A DNA stretch of 64,000 nucleotides from Pseudogymnoascus verrucosus (taxonomy: Eukaryota), in the NCBI GenBank assembly GCA_001662655.1, contig KV460215.1, one strand, 5' to 3'. This document shows positions 1 to 12,252 of this stretch, piece by piece; within the stretch, counting starts at the first letter, position 1, and each line of letters opens with the position of its first letter. Position numbers and translations under genes: made by a program. The notes beneath the pieces were generated by a model. The model saw only the letters and a list, made by a program, of their open reading frames with translations, had not been told where the DNA came from and did no database searches.

Positions 1-794
1 CCCGACCGTCCATTAATCGGTGTCGTGTGTAGTCCTGTGTCCCTGATCGATCGCCGGGGTATAAACGGTTGTATGACCTCATTTCCTTCCCTCTTCTTTC
101 TCTCTTTCCCCTCTTCCTTTCTTTCTTATTTCCCCTCTCTTTCTTTCCTCTTTCCTTCTTTCCTCCTCTCTCCTCTCTCTCTCTCTCTCTCATTCTCGCA
201 CACAAAATAGCGACATCAACGTCAGTGTATCGACCTCGGACCGCCCACCGTAGCGACGGCGTGTATATATGTGTATCGTGTATCGACAACAAGCAAGTAA
301 AAATAAGCGCAGTAATAAACGTGTATACCGTGTATGATGTAGATGGTGTGTGGTGAGACATGATAGTCTAAAAAATAAAAAAAGTATCCGTAAAAAAGGG
401 AGCGGACGCCGCGCCCGCGCCGGCAAGTTTGTAGAGCGCTCGGCGCCGTCGTTTGTTTGGTTTGGTTTAGTTTCGTTTAGTTTGATTTGGTATGGTAAGG
501 TTTGGTTTAGTAAGGTGATGTGACGTGATGTGTTGTTCCCCGCTCAATGTAAGTGAGTGCGGAGTGGTGATTAGATGCGCGGGGTATTTTGCACATGAAG
601 GCTGTCGATTTCGCGATTTCGCGATGGTTATAAGTATCGTACCCGCAGCTGCCAGACAGCCAGACCCCTACGTGATAGCGACGTTGTGTGTATATATCGA
701 CACGACGCGTCGTGGGTATAAAATTAAGGGAGAGCAAAGACGGTGGTATGGTATGGCATGGTATATATCATACCCCCCACCCCACCCCCCCGCC

Positions 795-2720
795 TCACCT
801 CGGATCCTGCTGGTGCAACTGCGCGTGCTCGAGCTGCTGCTGCTGTCTGCCCTGACTACTCACTATCTCTCCCGCGCGAATAAGCGCCGACACCGGATCA
901 AGCGGGGCATTATCGTCGTCCGGGACCGTCGGATGCGGGTGTCTCAGCTGCAGCGGTATTGGCTGTGGCCGGTGCGGCGGGCGCGTGGGAGACAGGTAGC
1001 CGGTTCGCTGGCTGGCCTGGTTGATGGAGGAGTAGTCCATGGCGAGGATGCCTGGCTTTGTTAGTCTCGGTGTAGAGTGAGGTGGTTGTGGGAGCTCTGC
1101 GCGTAGACTCACCGGACTGGGAGTTGTACGAGATGGACGCGGGTAGCTGGGGGGAGAGCGAGGGGTGTCGGATCGGCGGGAGCGTGTCGAAGTGCTGCGC
1201 CTGGGCCTTGGAGGAGTTGTGCGAGAAGACGGGGTGCATGGGGAATGATGGCCTCTCACGTGATGGATCCAGGGGTATGCGAGGGGCGAAGTAGGTGCTC
1301 TGGCGCGGGTCGGCGGCCGTGGAGGACGAGGTAGATTGCTGCGTCGAGACGGTCGATTCGGATGTCAGTGATGGTGGGGAAAAAGAGCTAATCGACGACA
1401 GCGACGGGCGCGGCTGGTTGTGGAAGGCCTGCGCGAACGAGGTCGGCGTCTCGGGCGCATTCAGGATCCCGGACTGGTTCAGCTTCGGCTCGACCTGGCG
1501 ATTGTACTCGTGAATTGGGAGGTTTGGTGGGCGGGTGTGATCCCTCCACGCGAGCGTCTGCAGGTTCGGGTTGATGACTGTGTCGCGATATCCCGGCAGC
1601 GCGGTGCTGGGCCCACCCGGTGACGTCTGGGCCTTGGTGCTTGGCGGCAGCGGGGCCTGCAGTGCCGTGTCGGCTGGGAACCAGGGCGCTGGGATAGGGC
1701 CGAGGGATGGGACGCGTGTCCTCGAGTCAAGTGAGGCTTCACGGCTCAGGCTGGATGGGGTGCTGCTTTTCGTGGTGGTGCTATTGCTGCTCGTATTCAG
1801 ATTCTCGAGCTTTGGCCTCTTGGAGTTCTCATTAAGTGCTGTAACTGTCAGTTTTGGACCTTTGGGATCCGCTCTGGACATGACCCTACCCTCCTGATTG
1901 CTCTCTTGTAGCTGCAGCTGCTTGGCCTTGAACTCGATCAGATATTCCGAGTACGTCCTATAGCTCTCCGTGCGCCTGTATTCCGCCAGCTCGACCGTGT
2001 ATTTCTCCTTCGCCGCAAACGCCTGCTGCTCGTAGGGCTCCTTCTCGCTCGGCGTCAGGTTCTGCCAGTTCTCTCCTACCAGCTTCGCGATCTCGGTGAA
2101 GGATAGCGGCCGGCCCTTCAGATCCTCGCGCATCTCTGTCGTCGTTGTTAGCGCCTGGAAATCGCAGAGGCATGGAGCGCCTTACTATTGGAGAAGATGA
2201 CATATGCGGACGGCGGCCTCTCGGGTGCGTTCTCGTCCGGCTTGGGGTGCCTCCTGTATTTTCGTTTCCCGCTCGGCTGGGTCGACGCGTTTCCATCTTT
2301 GCCATCTGACCTCGGCGTCGCGCCCTTGTTGTCCTCGGACTGCTTGTCCTCCAGCGAGGGCGTGCCTCGCTTCGGTGATGCTAATGCTTGCGCATGGCTG
2401 ATTCCTCTCGTCGCTGCGATCTTCCTCTGGAGTTTCTGCGGAAAAAAAAGTCAGCATGGGCATCTCAAGTTTCGAGGAAGGGTCGCGCGCACCCTCCTGT
2501 GGCCAAGTTTCACGCCGAGGACGTCGCTGCGGAGAAGTTAGCATCCAGTCCCGTAAGTTCCGCCGTGAGATGCCAGTATTTGGGCGGCGCAGCAGCACAC
2601 GTACAAGTCCGGCTCCGTGATGTCAAGGATGGTGTCCCATGTGTCGAAACCCTGGTCGAGGAAGCTATCAAGATACTGGGTAAGGCCGAGCTCATCGAAG
2701 ATGTCCGCCAAGTCAGTCAT
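795..2720 (-). CDS. SAM-domain + HMG-box transcription regulator (multi-exon)
   Basis: Exons 2720-2605, 2526-2493, 2435-2186 and 2135 onward join in frame through GT..AG introns with GCTAAC/GCTGAC branch sites. The N-terminus is SAM-like (LADIFDELGLTQYLDSFLDQGFDTWDTILDITEPDFDVLGVKLGHRRKLQRKI). The HMG box reads KRKYRRHPKPDENAPERPPSAYVIFSNKMREDLKGRPLSFTEIAKLVGENWQNLTPSEKEPYE. Further probable introns near 1840-1890 and 1052-1110 lead to the stop at 795. Confidence 0.88.
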
Positions 2721-5700
2721 ACAGTAGTGCTATGTCTGGCCAACACGTCCAGAGTATGCCGTGAGGAGAGAGGGGCTTTATCTATTGGGCCCGCTTGGAG
2801 GCCTGTATTCGCGCAACGGCAAATCGATCATCGGTTCGCGCCAGGTTCGGCGGTGTTTTTCGTTGCGCTGCGATGGGCAGTGGCGGGTTTCGAGCGGCTT
2901 CTTAGAGATGTATATGTAGTTTCGAGGGGACCGCGGGGGACCTGGTGATCTGAGATGCCGAGGAAGGATAAGACCGTGGGGGGGGGTGTATTTCTCTGGG
3001 TGGTGGTGTGTCGTGTCGTGTGTCGTGGTTGCTGCCGTCGTCGGTGGCGTGTCTCGACAACTTTTTGCGGGCTGAGAGGAGGTGTAGTTCGGTCGATCGA
3101 GGATTGCGGATAGAGAGAGACGTGTAAATGGAGACAAAGGAGGAGAACCGGTCAGGATAAAAAAGGGAATTGAAGAGAAAGGCGACTTCTTTGCTTGTGC
3201 CTGTATGTGTACGTATAAAAAGGACTTCGTTGAATGAGGGAAGATCTATATAACTTGTTGCCGGGGGGTAAAAGGTAGGGGAGGGGAAGGGGAGGGGGGG
3301 GGGGAGGGATCAATATGAAAAGAGGAAAGAATAAACAAATCCGAGGTGGGTAGAGTTGGAGGTGTGGTAGTAGTAGGTAGTGGTGGAGATGGAAAAAAGG
3401 CGGAGGGGGAGGGATGATCAGATACGGGCTAGGCGAATTGGCGACAATTGACGAAAGACGTGAGTCGAAAGTATGGATCAAATGGATCAAATGGAGCACA
3501 AATGGAGCAAAAGAAGCACCGATGGATTTTGAGTTACAGAGTACGACAACTATACCTACAATAGCATTAGTTTAGTATTTTAGTAGTACTATAGTTACTC
3601 TACCGTAGTTATACCAGAGGGATGTATTTCGCTGTAGAGAGGGCTAGAGGGCTAACTAGAGGGGATAAAGGAACTAGAGGGACTAGAGGGATTAGATGAC
3701 TAGAGGGCTAAAGGACTAGACGATCATAGCGGAGATCCATCAATCGGGAAGGGTGGGAGGGGGAGGGGGAAAGGAAGAAACGGTGGCGGTATAGTGGATA
3801 AGGGTGGTAAAGATGGTGGTAGCAGCGGTGGAGTCGGAGAGAGTAGTGCAGTTTCTCGTAGCGGAGACACGGTTGTTGGTGGCAGATTAGGTGAGAAGTG
3901 GAGAGCGTAGAAGACGTAAAAGAACAAAGGACAACCAGAGTGGCAAACGGGGAGAAAGAGGGGGAAGGTTTAGGAGGAAGGAAGGAAGGGAAGGAAGGGT
4001 CTTGTACTCGTAGTAGCGGGATGAGGAGTAGGGTGAAGAGAATGGGTATGAGTAGAGAGAGTAGGGAGTAGAGATAATAGAGTATAGAGTAGGTTAGAGT
4101 AGTTGAGTTAGTTAGTCGCGTATAGTTGCGTATAGTTGAGTATAGGTGGGATATGTATTTTAGTGGCTGGTAAAGAGTTAGTAGGGGTGTTAGTATAGGA
4201 GCTGAGGAAGGTGATGGTCGAGTTGGTAGGAGCGGTGGTAGGAGCGGTATGAGCGGTAGGAGCGGTATAAGTGACGGAGGTGGCCGACAGGTGGTATTAC
4301 TGTGGTCTTCCTTTCCAGAGCCAAATTAAGTAAGTAAGTACCGCCCTCATGGTAGAAATCCAGTACAGCAGTCTCTAATACCGGTTAAAGTTGTGGTGGA
4401 GAGGAGAGTAGTGGTAGAGAGAGAGGCACAGCATCATCATCGTACACTATCATAGCCACAGCCAACAGCCACATGTATGTACAAGCTAGTGTGCCCGCCC
4501 ACACAGTTGTGGTGGTGGTGGTGGATATGTGGGAATGTGAGGATGCGAAATGCCAATATTCGATGGGATGGATGGGCAAATGCGGATCGGAGGGGAGGGG
4601 AGGGGGAGGGGAGGGGAGGGGTGGGAAAGGCTGGGTGGGTGGGAAAGAGTGGGAAAGGGTGGGAAAGTTGTGGTGGGAAAGGTATGTGGAAGCGGTGGAA
4701 GGGGGGGCATGACGGAATGATGCGCGGTAAGATGGTAAGGTGGTAATAGCGGTATATCGGTATAGCGGTATACTTCTAGGGTGATACTTCCTTCTAGGGT
4801 GGATGGTAGTGCGGTAGATAAGTTGCGGTAGTGTGGTAAGGGTCGAAATGCGGTAATGTGGGTGGACGGACGGGACATACGTACGTGGGAGAATCAAGGG
4901 GAGGAGAGGGATGTGTAAATCTGGGCGTCGGGGATTTTTGGGGAAGGAAGGGGGAGAGGTGGGTAGAGTCATGGTACTGTACATCTACTTGCCGGGTACA
5001 TAAACCTCTCCCATCTCTCATCCACCACCACCACATAACCATGCCCACAGCCACAGCCCGGTACAGCCCCTTCGTCAGGTCGTTGGTTCACCATCCAGAC
5101 AAAATCAAACCAGAACAAATCAGTCAGTCGGAAATCAGCACCAATTCTCGGCGCATGTCTTTGCGGCTATCCCTTGGCGCGTCTTGGCGGCTGCGTGTGT
5201 CATGTCATGGGTGCTTGCTTCGCTGTAGAACGAGTTACAGTATAATCCTAGTACGGTAAGCAAACGGCAGTAGAACCAGCCAGCCAGCCACCTCAGCCAG
5301 TGGTAAACGCGTGTACACAAGACATCCCCCTCTCCCTCCACATCCCCCATTTTATTCCCGCTCGTAACCCCCAATTCCCATATCCCGATCCCGATCTCAC
5401 CTCCCCCAATCCTCCCAGCAATCCCCGATTACCCCAGCCAGCAGTTCCCGTGTTCGCCGAGGGGGAGAGGACCTGGGCTACTACTGCCTGCTAACTGTTA
5501 CTGTCACTGTCCTACAAACACTGTTGTACACCCAGTCCAGCCCCTTCCAGTTCCCCCCCCCAGTGTGAGTCGTTCATGCACACACCTCGTCTTCCCCGTC
5601 CTCGTGCTCCCCCACGAGACAACCACGAACAACCGACCGACCTCCGCACCCACGATCCTACCTGCCTACCTGCCGTGTCCAACACGAGCCCGCCACGGCC

Positions 5701-6090
5701 CCCGCCATTGAAACCTCCCCAATCCCGCGCACAATCCCGCGCACAATCCCGTCCGTAGCTGACACCGAGCACCCGTTAGGTCAGAGTAGCTACCCGTGCT
5801 GTACGCCGTGTGTCACCCCAAGCTGCAGGGCTGCACTGCACTGCACTGCACCACAATCCCACGGCTGCACCGATGGCTGGGTTGGGTTGCTGTGGGTGCT
5901 GTGGTGGTGGTGGTGGACCTGCTGCTGTGCGACTGCGCTGCTGCATCGGCACCGCCGACGGCGTGTGTTGTGTGCACCGACGGTGCATGGGGTGGGATGT
6001 GCCGTGGTGGTGGGTGCAGTATCGGTGTGGCACGTAGCCTGGGCTCGGGGATGGGAGGGGGGTACGATGGGTTGGTTTGGTTTGGTTATC

Positions 6091-6208
6091 ATGCCGGGTT
6101 GCGGAGGGAGACACATGATGCCGGGTTACGGAGCGACTACGTTGGATGGAGAGCATGCCGGGTTGCGGAGCGCGTACACCAGACAGGACATCATGCCGGG
6201 TTACGGAG
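6091..6208. repeat. Four copies of the 16-bp motif ATGCCGGGTTRCGGAG separated by non-repeating spacers
   Basis: Copies lie at 6091-6106, 6118-6133, 6155-6170 and 6193-6208. Spacers are 11, 21 and 22 nt. Confidence 0.9.
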
Positions 6209-8259
6209 TCGTGGCGTACTGTTCCTCGGGGCGGGGTTCCTCGGGGCGGGGTGTTTAAGTCGCTCACTCTACTTAACAGCTCGCTGCTAATCAATCCACT
6301 CACTGACTGATAGCTAAAAGTCGCTCATAGCTATGGGTACAGTACAGTACATGACATGTGCCTCACACTGACATGATATGATGAGATGAGAGACAGGAAG
6401 GCAGAGGCAGCTCCGAATGGTAAGGTGACGTGCCACGACAGGAAAGGGGGGATGAAGGATTGAGGAGGCAGCAGGATGCAATGCACCAGCAGGCAGGCAG
6501 GCAGACAGGTCTGGTGCAGCTCCGAGAGACTGGCGTGGAGATGGTGGTGGTGGTGGTGGTGGTGATAGTGGAGGATGGGGCATGACAGAATATATGCGTG
6601 CCTGTCTGTATACAGAATACAGTGTATACGTATACGTATATACGGCGAATACAGCATATACGGCACGTACGATATTTTCACTCTGTTCTGTCTTTCACAA
6701 TGGACAATCCCCCTTCCTCACATGTATGTCATGCTATACACACTCATATTCCACTTACCCAATACTCACTCCACCACATTAGCACAGCACCCCCGTCAAT
6801 CCATCCTCCCAGCACCTCCTCACAGCCACAGGGCTACTATACGTACCCCCCTCCCCCTCCCCATCCACACCCCCATCACATCAACATGGGAAACTCAACC
6901 CAGACCCCCCTTCCCCATCCACATCCCCATCCCATCAACATCGATAGTCTCCCCCCATTAAGCTTCCCACCAAGCCCCCCCAAGCCCCCCCAAGCCCCCC
7001 CACGGCACAATCCCATCCCCCCATCCACCATCCACCATCCGCATATCTCCCATCTCCCATCCCATCCCACACTCTCCCATCCCGCCACCGCAAGCCTGCA
7101 TCACCACCCAACCCACCGTATCCCTCGCCGGTCCCCGCACATGTCTCACGCCAGCTCGCACCACGCCGGCGCGCTAACCCGAGGTGATGGATCCGTGGTG
7201 CTGCTGGTTGTGCGGTGCACCAACGGCGGAGACGGGGGTACGGCGTACGGCGTATGGCGTATGGCGTATGGGCTTGGCGCTGGGATGTCTTGGGTGTTGT
7301 TGGTGTTGTGCGTTGTGCGTGCTGGTGGGAGAGAGGCTGATGGAGGCTGAGATGTTGGCATGGGATGAGACGGAAGGGATTGCTCACACCGCTCGTGGGG
7401 GAGAGGGACGGCAGTTGAGGGCATGCGTGGGAGAGGTTGGGGTATCTCATAGCTGTGCCGCAGCTCCTGCTATTTCCATCCCTTCCTGTGTATGCCACAG
7501 TTACACAACGTCTTCAGCCGCCACGCCACGCCGCCACCTTTCAAAAAAATGACCTGTAGTCCCACAGATTCGGTAACTCCTTCCTATCCCATCTCCATCT
7601 CCATATCCACCACCCCATCTCCCACCTCACCTCTCACACACCCAAATCCTGCTTACATAACCCACCTACACCCTACACACACACCCCGGTTCCCAACTCC
7701 CGATTACGCTAAGCCCATAAATATCACTAGCGCTGAACTATCTCACTATCTCCCATCTCCACCCCATGTAGCATCTTCTCCGAGGGATCAAGAGAGGGAG
7801 CTCTTATCAGCCGCCACCACAGCTCTACATACACCAGCCAGCCAGCCTTACGGACGTACGTACTGTAGTGAACCCTGACGGACGACTAGACAAAACCCAC
7901 CCATTCATACCATCCATACTACCCTGCTTGTGACAGCGCCACCGCCGCCACCGCCGCCACCTCCGTCGTTGCTCGTATCGCATCGTATCGTATCGGATTG
8001 GATTGGATTAGGAGCGAGAGAGCGAGGGCTGTTAAGAGGGACCTGGCTTTGTGGATATCAAGTTTTTTCTTTTTCTTCTTGCTTTCTCTATTTTTATACC
8101 TGGAAGGAAAACTTTGGGGGGGGTTTTTTTTGGCTTGTGCCGACGCCGCCGCTTGTTATTACGGGACTGGGAAAGAGAGAAAGGGAGAAAGGGAAAGGCA
8201 AAAAGGGGAAAGGGAGAAAGGGAAAGAGAGAAAGGAAGAAAGGGAAAAAAGGAGAAGAG

Positions 8260-9114
8260 ATGGCGGACGCCGGGAAAGATCCTATCAATGATGAGGCGAA
8301 GAGGGATGCTGCTGCGAGTATAGCTAAGGTGAGCCCTTCTCCCCTCTCCCCCCTTCTAACTCTTCCTCCCCCATCATCACCCTCATTCATCAAACACCTG
8401 CCTCCTCTCTCTACCCCCCTTCATCTATCTACCCAAGACTTCCATCTGAGTCAAACCTCCCCCCCTTCCCTCGCCAGCACCCCCCCCACCTCCTCTCCTC
8501 GGTTCGGTCACCTCGGCTCGGCCTCCCTCCTCTTACTTCCTCCTCCCTCCTCTACTTCCTCCTACCTACCTACCCCACCACACCTCCCCGAAATTCCCGA
8601 ATACCCGGATACGAACCTTTAAAAACCACGTGCTCACATATAGACTTTTTTTTCAAACTAGGCTTTCCAAGATGTTCAGGCGTAAGTCACCTTTCGTTCC
8701 GGACCCCGAGGGGGATCCACTTGGGTGTTTTGGTGTGTTGGTGGTGTGGGAGGTGGTACCGAGGGGGTGGTTACTAGCTTGGGGAGGGTGTTAGGGGGGG
8801 GGCTAGGGGGAGCTAGGCGATTTGCGGCGGGGATGTGGGATGCCGAAGTCGGGGTTGGGGTGGTATGGGCGGAGTTGGGGTTGGGGGTTTGAGATGGGAG
8901 TAAGATGGAGAATGGGATGTGCTGACGAGATTACAGCGGCGAGGAAGCAGCGAGACAGGCGGAGGAGAGGTTAAGCAGGTTAGAAGCCAAGATTGAGGAA
9001 CTGCTTGCTAGTGCTGAGGCGGGGATTGAAGGGAAGGAGGGGTTGGGAGAGGAGATGGGGAGGGTGGTGGAAGAGTTGAGGGGGTTGGAGGGGGGGAAGG
9101 AGGAGAAATCGTGA
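8260..9114 (+). CDS. Small (88 aa) coiled-coil protein of unknown function, 3 exons including a 20-nt micro-exon
   Basis: Exons 8260-8328, 8662-8681 and 8937-9114. Donors are GTGAGC and GTAAGT, acceptors TAG and CAG, branch sites GCTCAC and GCTGAC. The spliced product is open: MADAGKDPINDEAKRDAAASIAKAFQDVQAGEEAARQAEERLSRLEAKIEELLASAEAGIEGKEGLGEEMGRVVEELRGLEGGKEEKS*. It does not appear as a unit in the ORF track. Confidence 0.75.
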
Positions 9115-9468
9115 TGTCTGGGATGGAAGGGGGATTATTGGTTATGGGGATTGCAGTGTGGATGGGGGGAATAAGAAGTCATCAACAACTTCTCTGAGGA
9201 TATCACATTCATGGAAATAACGACTGAGAGATGTAGACATTCGCTGGGATAGTAAGGTGGTCTGACTAGGAGAGACTCTACGCAGGAGTTTCTCCTGCTC
9301 TGACTACTATAGTATTCTAGCGAACGCCTGCGTCTGTCTCGCGCACAACTGGGATGGTAGTCGCTGAAAAAGGTTCTATAGCGCTGCCCTAATCTTAGCT
9401 CTGAAGCCGAAGATTGGGATTGGGATTGGAATACCCCTTGACAAACTCTACACCACCACTGCGCCAAT

Positions 9469-10684
9469 CTAAGCCTGCCAGATGACAATCCTTCCATCCA
9501 CACCACTCGCTGCACACATGTATTAGCCCACATCCTCCACACACCCATCAAACGGTCACAACAAAGAAAGGACTCAAACTCACTCGAAAACTTCCTCACC
9601 ACCCCCCCTTCCCCTTCATAGCTCCTAACCGTACTAATAGTATTCTGATGCACCGTCCCCAACACCGTATCATCCTTCGCCTTCCCCTTCAAATCCATCT
9701 GCCTAAACATATTCAGCGCGCTCTCCTCCCTCTCCGCTCCCCTCCCCGCCCCCTTCTCCTCCAGCGACCCCGCAATCGCCCACCCCTGTTCTCCGCCTTG
9801 GAAGCGGTACGCCTGGCAGTCGTGGCCCGCGGCGATGATCTCGGCTTCGTTGGTCCAGATCAAGCTCATGAAGGGGAGGAGTTGCGTGCTGACGCTTATT
9901 ACGGCGCGGGGGGGGGCGTCGGCACCGTTGGGGTACACGACTGTGATGCTGCTGTCGTGGGCGGCGAAGGCGAGGGCGTCTCCTGATGGGGAGAAAGCAG
10001 TGGCGTGGACCCAGCCAGCGGAGTTGTTAAGGTACTCTCCACACACGGTGTTAAACGGCAATCGCTCCCCCCACACCCCCGGCTCAGGACGCTCATCAAC
10101 GCCCTTAATGAAACTGGAGAACACGCGCGCGTGGGCATCGGTGGAGCCGGCGGCGAGGAGGACGGAGTTGGGGTGCCAGGCGACGGTGGTGATGGTGCTG
10201 CGGATGGGCTTCTTGATATGCTTGGATACCCACCAGTCGTTCTCCTCTTCGAAGTAGCAGACGGCTATGACGCGGGCGCCGGAGCCGACGGCGAATTTCG
10301 TTTCGGAGGGGGACCAGCGAACAAAGGTCGCGGCGCGGTTGATGCGGAGGAGGACGAGGGTGGGCTTGTAGCCGTCGGGGGTGGGCTCCCAGACGAGGGC
10401 GTTGCGGTCTGGGGGGGTGTTAGTGGGGGTTTGGGGGGAAGGTGGGGGGGTGTGTATGTACCTTGAGAGCAGGTGACGATTCTGCCGCTCTTGGGAGCAA
10501 TGTCCACGCTCGTGACGAGCTTGTCATGGCCCTTCAATTCATCCTTGAGCTTGAATGCATTTCCAACTCTGCCGTACAGATCAACCGTCGAGTCGCGGGC
10601 AACAGCCAACGTCTTGCGATCCGCCGAGAACGAGTGGTCCGCAATGGGATGGTGGAACAGGTGATGAACTTCTGGAGCTGCCAT
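9469..10684 (-). CDS. ARC40: Arp2/3 complex WD40 subunit ARPC1/Arc40
   Basis: Exons 10684-10462, 10408-9584 and 9509-9469. Motifs include [63 protein letters not shown], HQNTI and the C-terminal FSTSGVDGRIVIW. Confidence 0.95.
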
Positions 10685-11031
10685 GGTGAATTGTAGTTAT
10701 AATTGAGCGATAGGAGGATCTCTCTACTACCACTTTCTTCGAATGTGCTGACGTTGTATGTGTTTTGGTGAGGGTGAGGGGCACGGTGACGACGTCTCGG
10801 TTGACAAGGTCGAGATGTGGGGTGGGCCTGGGGGACTAAGGAATAAGCCGCAACATTCGAAGTCTTGGCATTGGAGATTCAAGCACAAGATCACGACTGG
10901 AAAAATAATCCAAGCTGCACACTCTCTCTGACGCGACCAACCCTCCCCCCAACGTGCAAAATCGCACAATCCGCCAAATCTATTAGCGCCAGCGACGACA
11001 GCACAGGTGTTTTGCGCGAGAGACAGAAGCA

Positions 11032-11775
11032 ATGCCTCCCAAAGCGCAGCCCCCCGCGCAAGTAGCCGGCAAGGCAGCTTCGACTTACCCCCCCAACCAA
11101 ACGTGCGTGCGCTCCCTAGGTGCGAGGTATGTGGGATGAAGACTGACGATGGGCAGATTATACATCACAAACCTTCCGTCCTCGAAGATCCAGAAATACG
11201 ACCTCCGCTTATCGCTCTACACACTCTTCTCCACCTACGGCCCTGTCCTCGATGTCGTCGCCATGAAGACTATGAAGATGAGAGGGCAGGCGCATGTTGT
11301 TTTCCGTGATGCGCAGACGGCTACGCAGGCTATGCGCGCGCTGAAGGGGTTTGAGTTCTTTGGTTACGAGTTGGTTAGTCGCCCCTGTGTTTCTGGTTGT
11401 GTGATTTGAAAGCTCACAAATGGATAGGAAATACAATATGCTAAGTCGAAATCGGATACGATCGCGAAGCTAGACGGAACGTTCCACAAGCCGGCTGCTG
11501 CGGCGGGCGAGGTCACGGCGACAGAACTACAGCAGAGTATCTTTAATGCCCCGCCGTCGGCAGCGTTTATGGCTGGGGGTGGAGCGCCGGGCACAGCTGG
11601 GGCAGCGGCGTTATTGAAGCCGCCGCCGGCGCTGGGGAGGGATACGGCGATGGAGGATGCGAGGAGTCCTACAACGAGTGTTGCGGGTGAGAAGCGGAAG
11701 AGGGACGAGGAGGAAGAGGAGGAGGAGGAGAGTGGGAGCGATGTGGCTATGGAGGAGGATAGCGATGATGATTAG
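11032..11775 (+). CDS. U1A/U2B''-family snRNP RRM protein
   Basis: Exons 11032-11102, 11157-11373 and 11428-11775. The sequence PPNQTLYITNL..KIQKYDLRLSLYTLFSTYGPVLDVVAMKTMKMRGQAHVVF..IQYAKSKSD is the U1A/U2B''/SNF RRM1 signature. It has a single RRM plus an acidic tail. Confidence 0.9.
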
Positions 11776-12252
11776 GGGGGTTATCTTCATATATGCATGT
11801 ATTGCAAGGCGTTTAGGGGGGCGAAGTGGGAATTCTATGGGGTATTGAGACGGGGTATTTGTCTCTGATCTAGACCAGGTCCGTTTGGACTGAAAGGAGG
11901 TAATCAAACAACACTGTGAACCTCCATCTCATTGTACTCGCATACAACTTTGCACTGTGACTCGAGACAATAATTAGGACGTATTACTGAATAAATCAAT
12001 ACACTTCCTACCTATTTATAATTCTACCTATCTATCGTCCTTCTCCCTGCCAAGACCGACACTTTTGTGAATTAGCGGAACTACATATTTCCGCCTCCTG
12101 CATTGTTGATCCGTGGCCTTGCTGTCTCCCCCGTCTTTTTGCGAGTATCCACAAAACCGGATAACCTGTAGCCCCAGACGCAAAGGCAAGGGGTTCGTTC
12201 CAATCTTCTCATCCTGCGCACACGACATCCCCACGATGCTCGCACGACGCCA

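Noticed and set aside
25..737. Short ORFs over the CT-rich tract and GGTTT microsatellites
   Set aside because: These are low-complexity translations of the HMG gene 3' flank, with no domains or convincing splice structure.
6091..6208. CRISPR array interpretation of the repeat-spacer pattern
   Set aside because: The context is eukaryotic, the repeats are only 16 bp, spacers are short and unequal, and there are no cas genes.
2778..8250. Dozens of 60-250 aa ORFs in the long intergenic region
   Set aside because: The Pro/His/Gly/Trp-rich translations come from C- or G-rich low-complexity DNA that lacks stops. Many begin at GTG/TTG and none has a recognisable motif.
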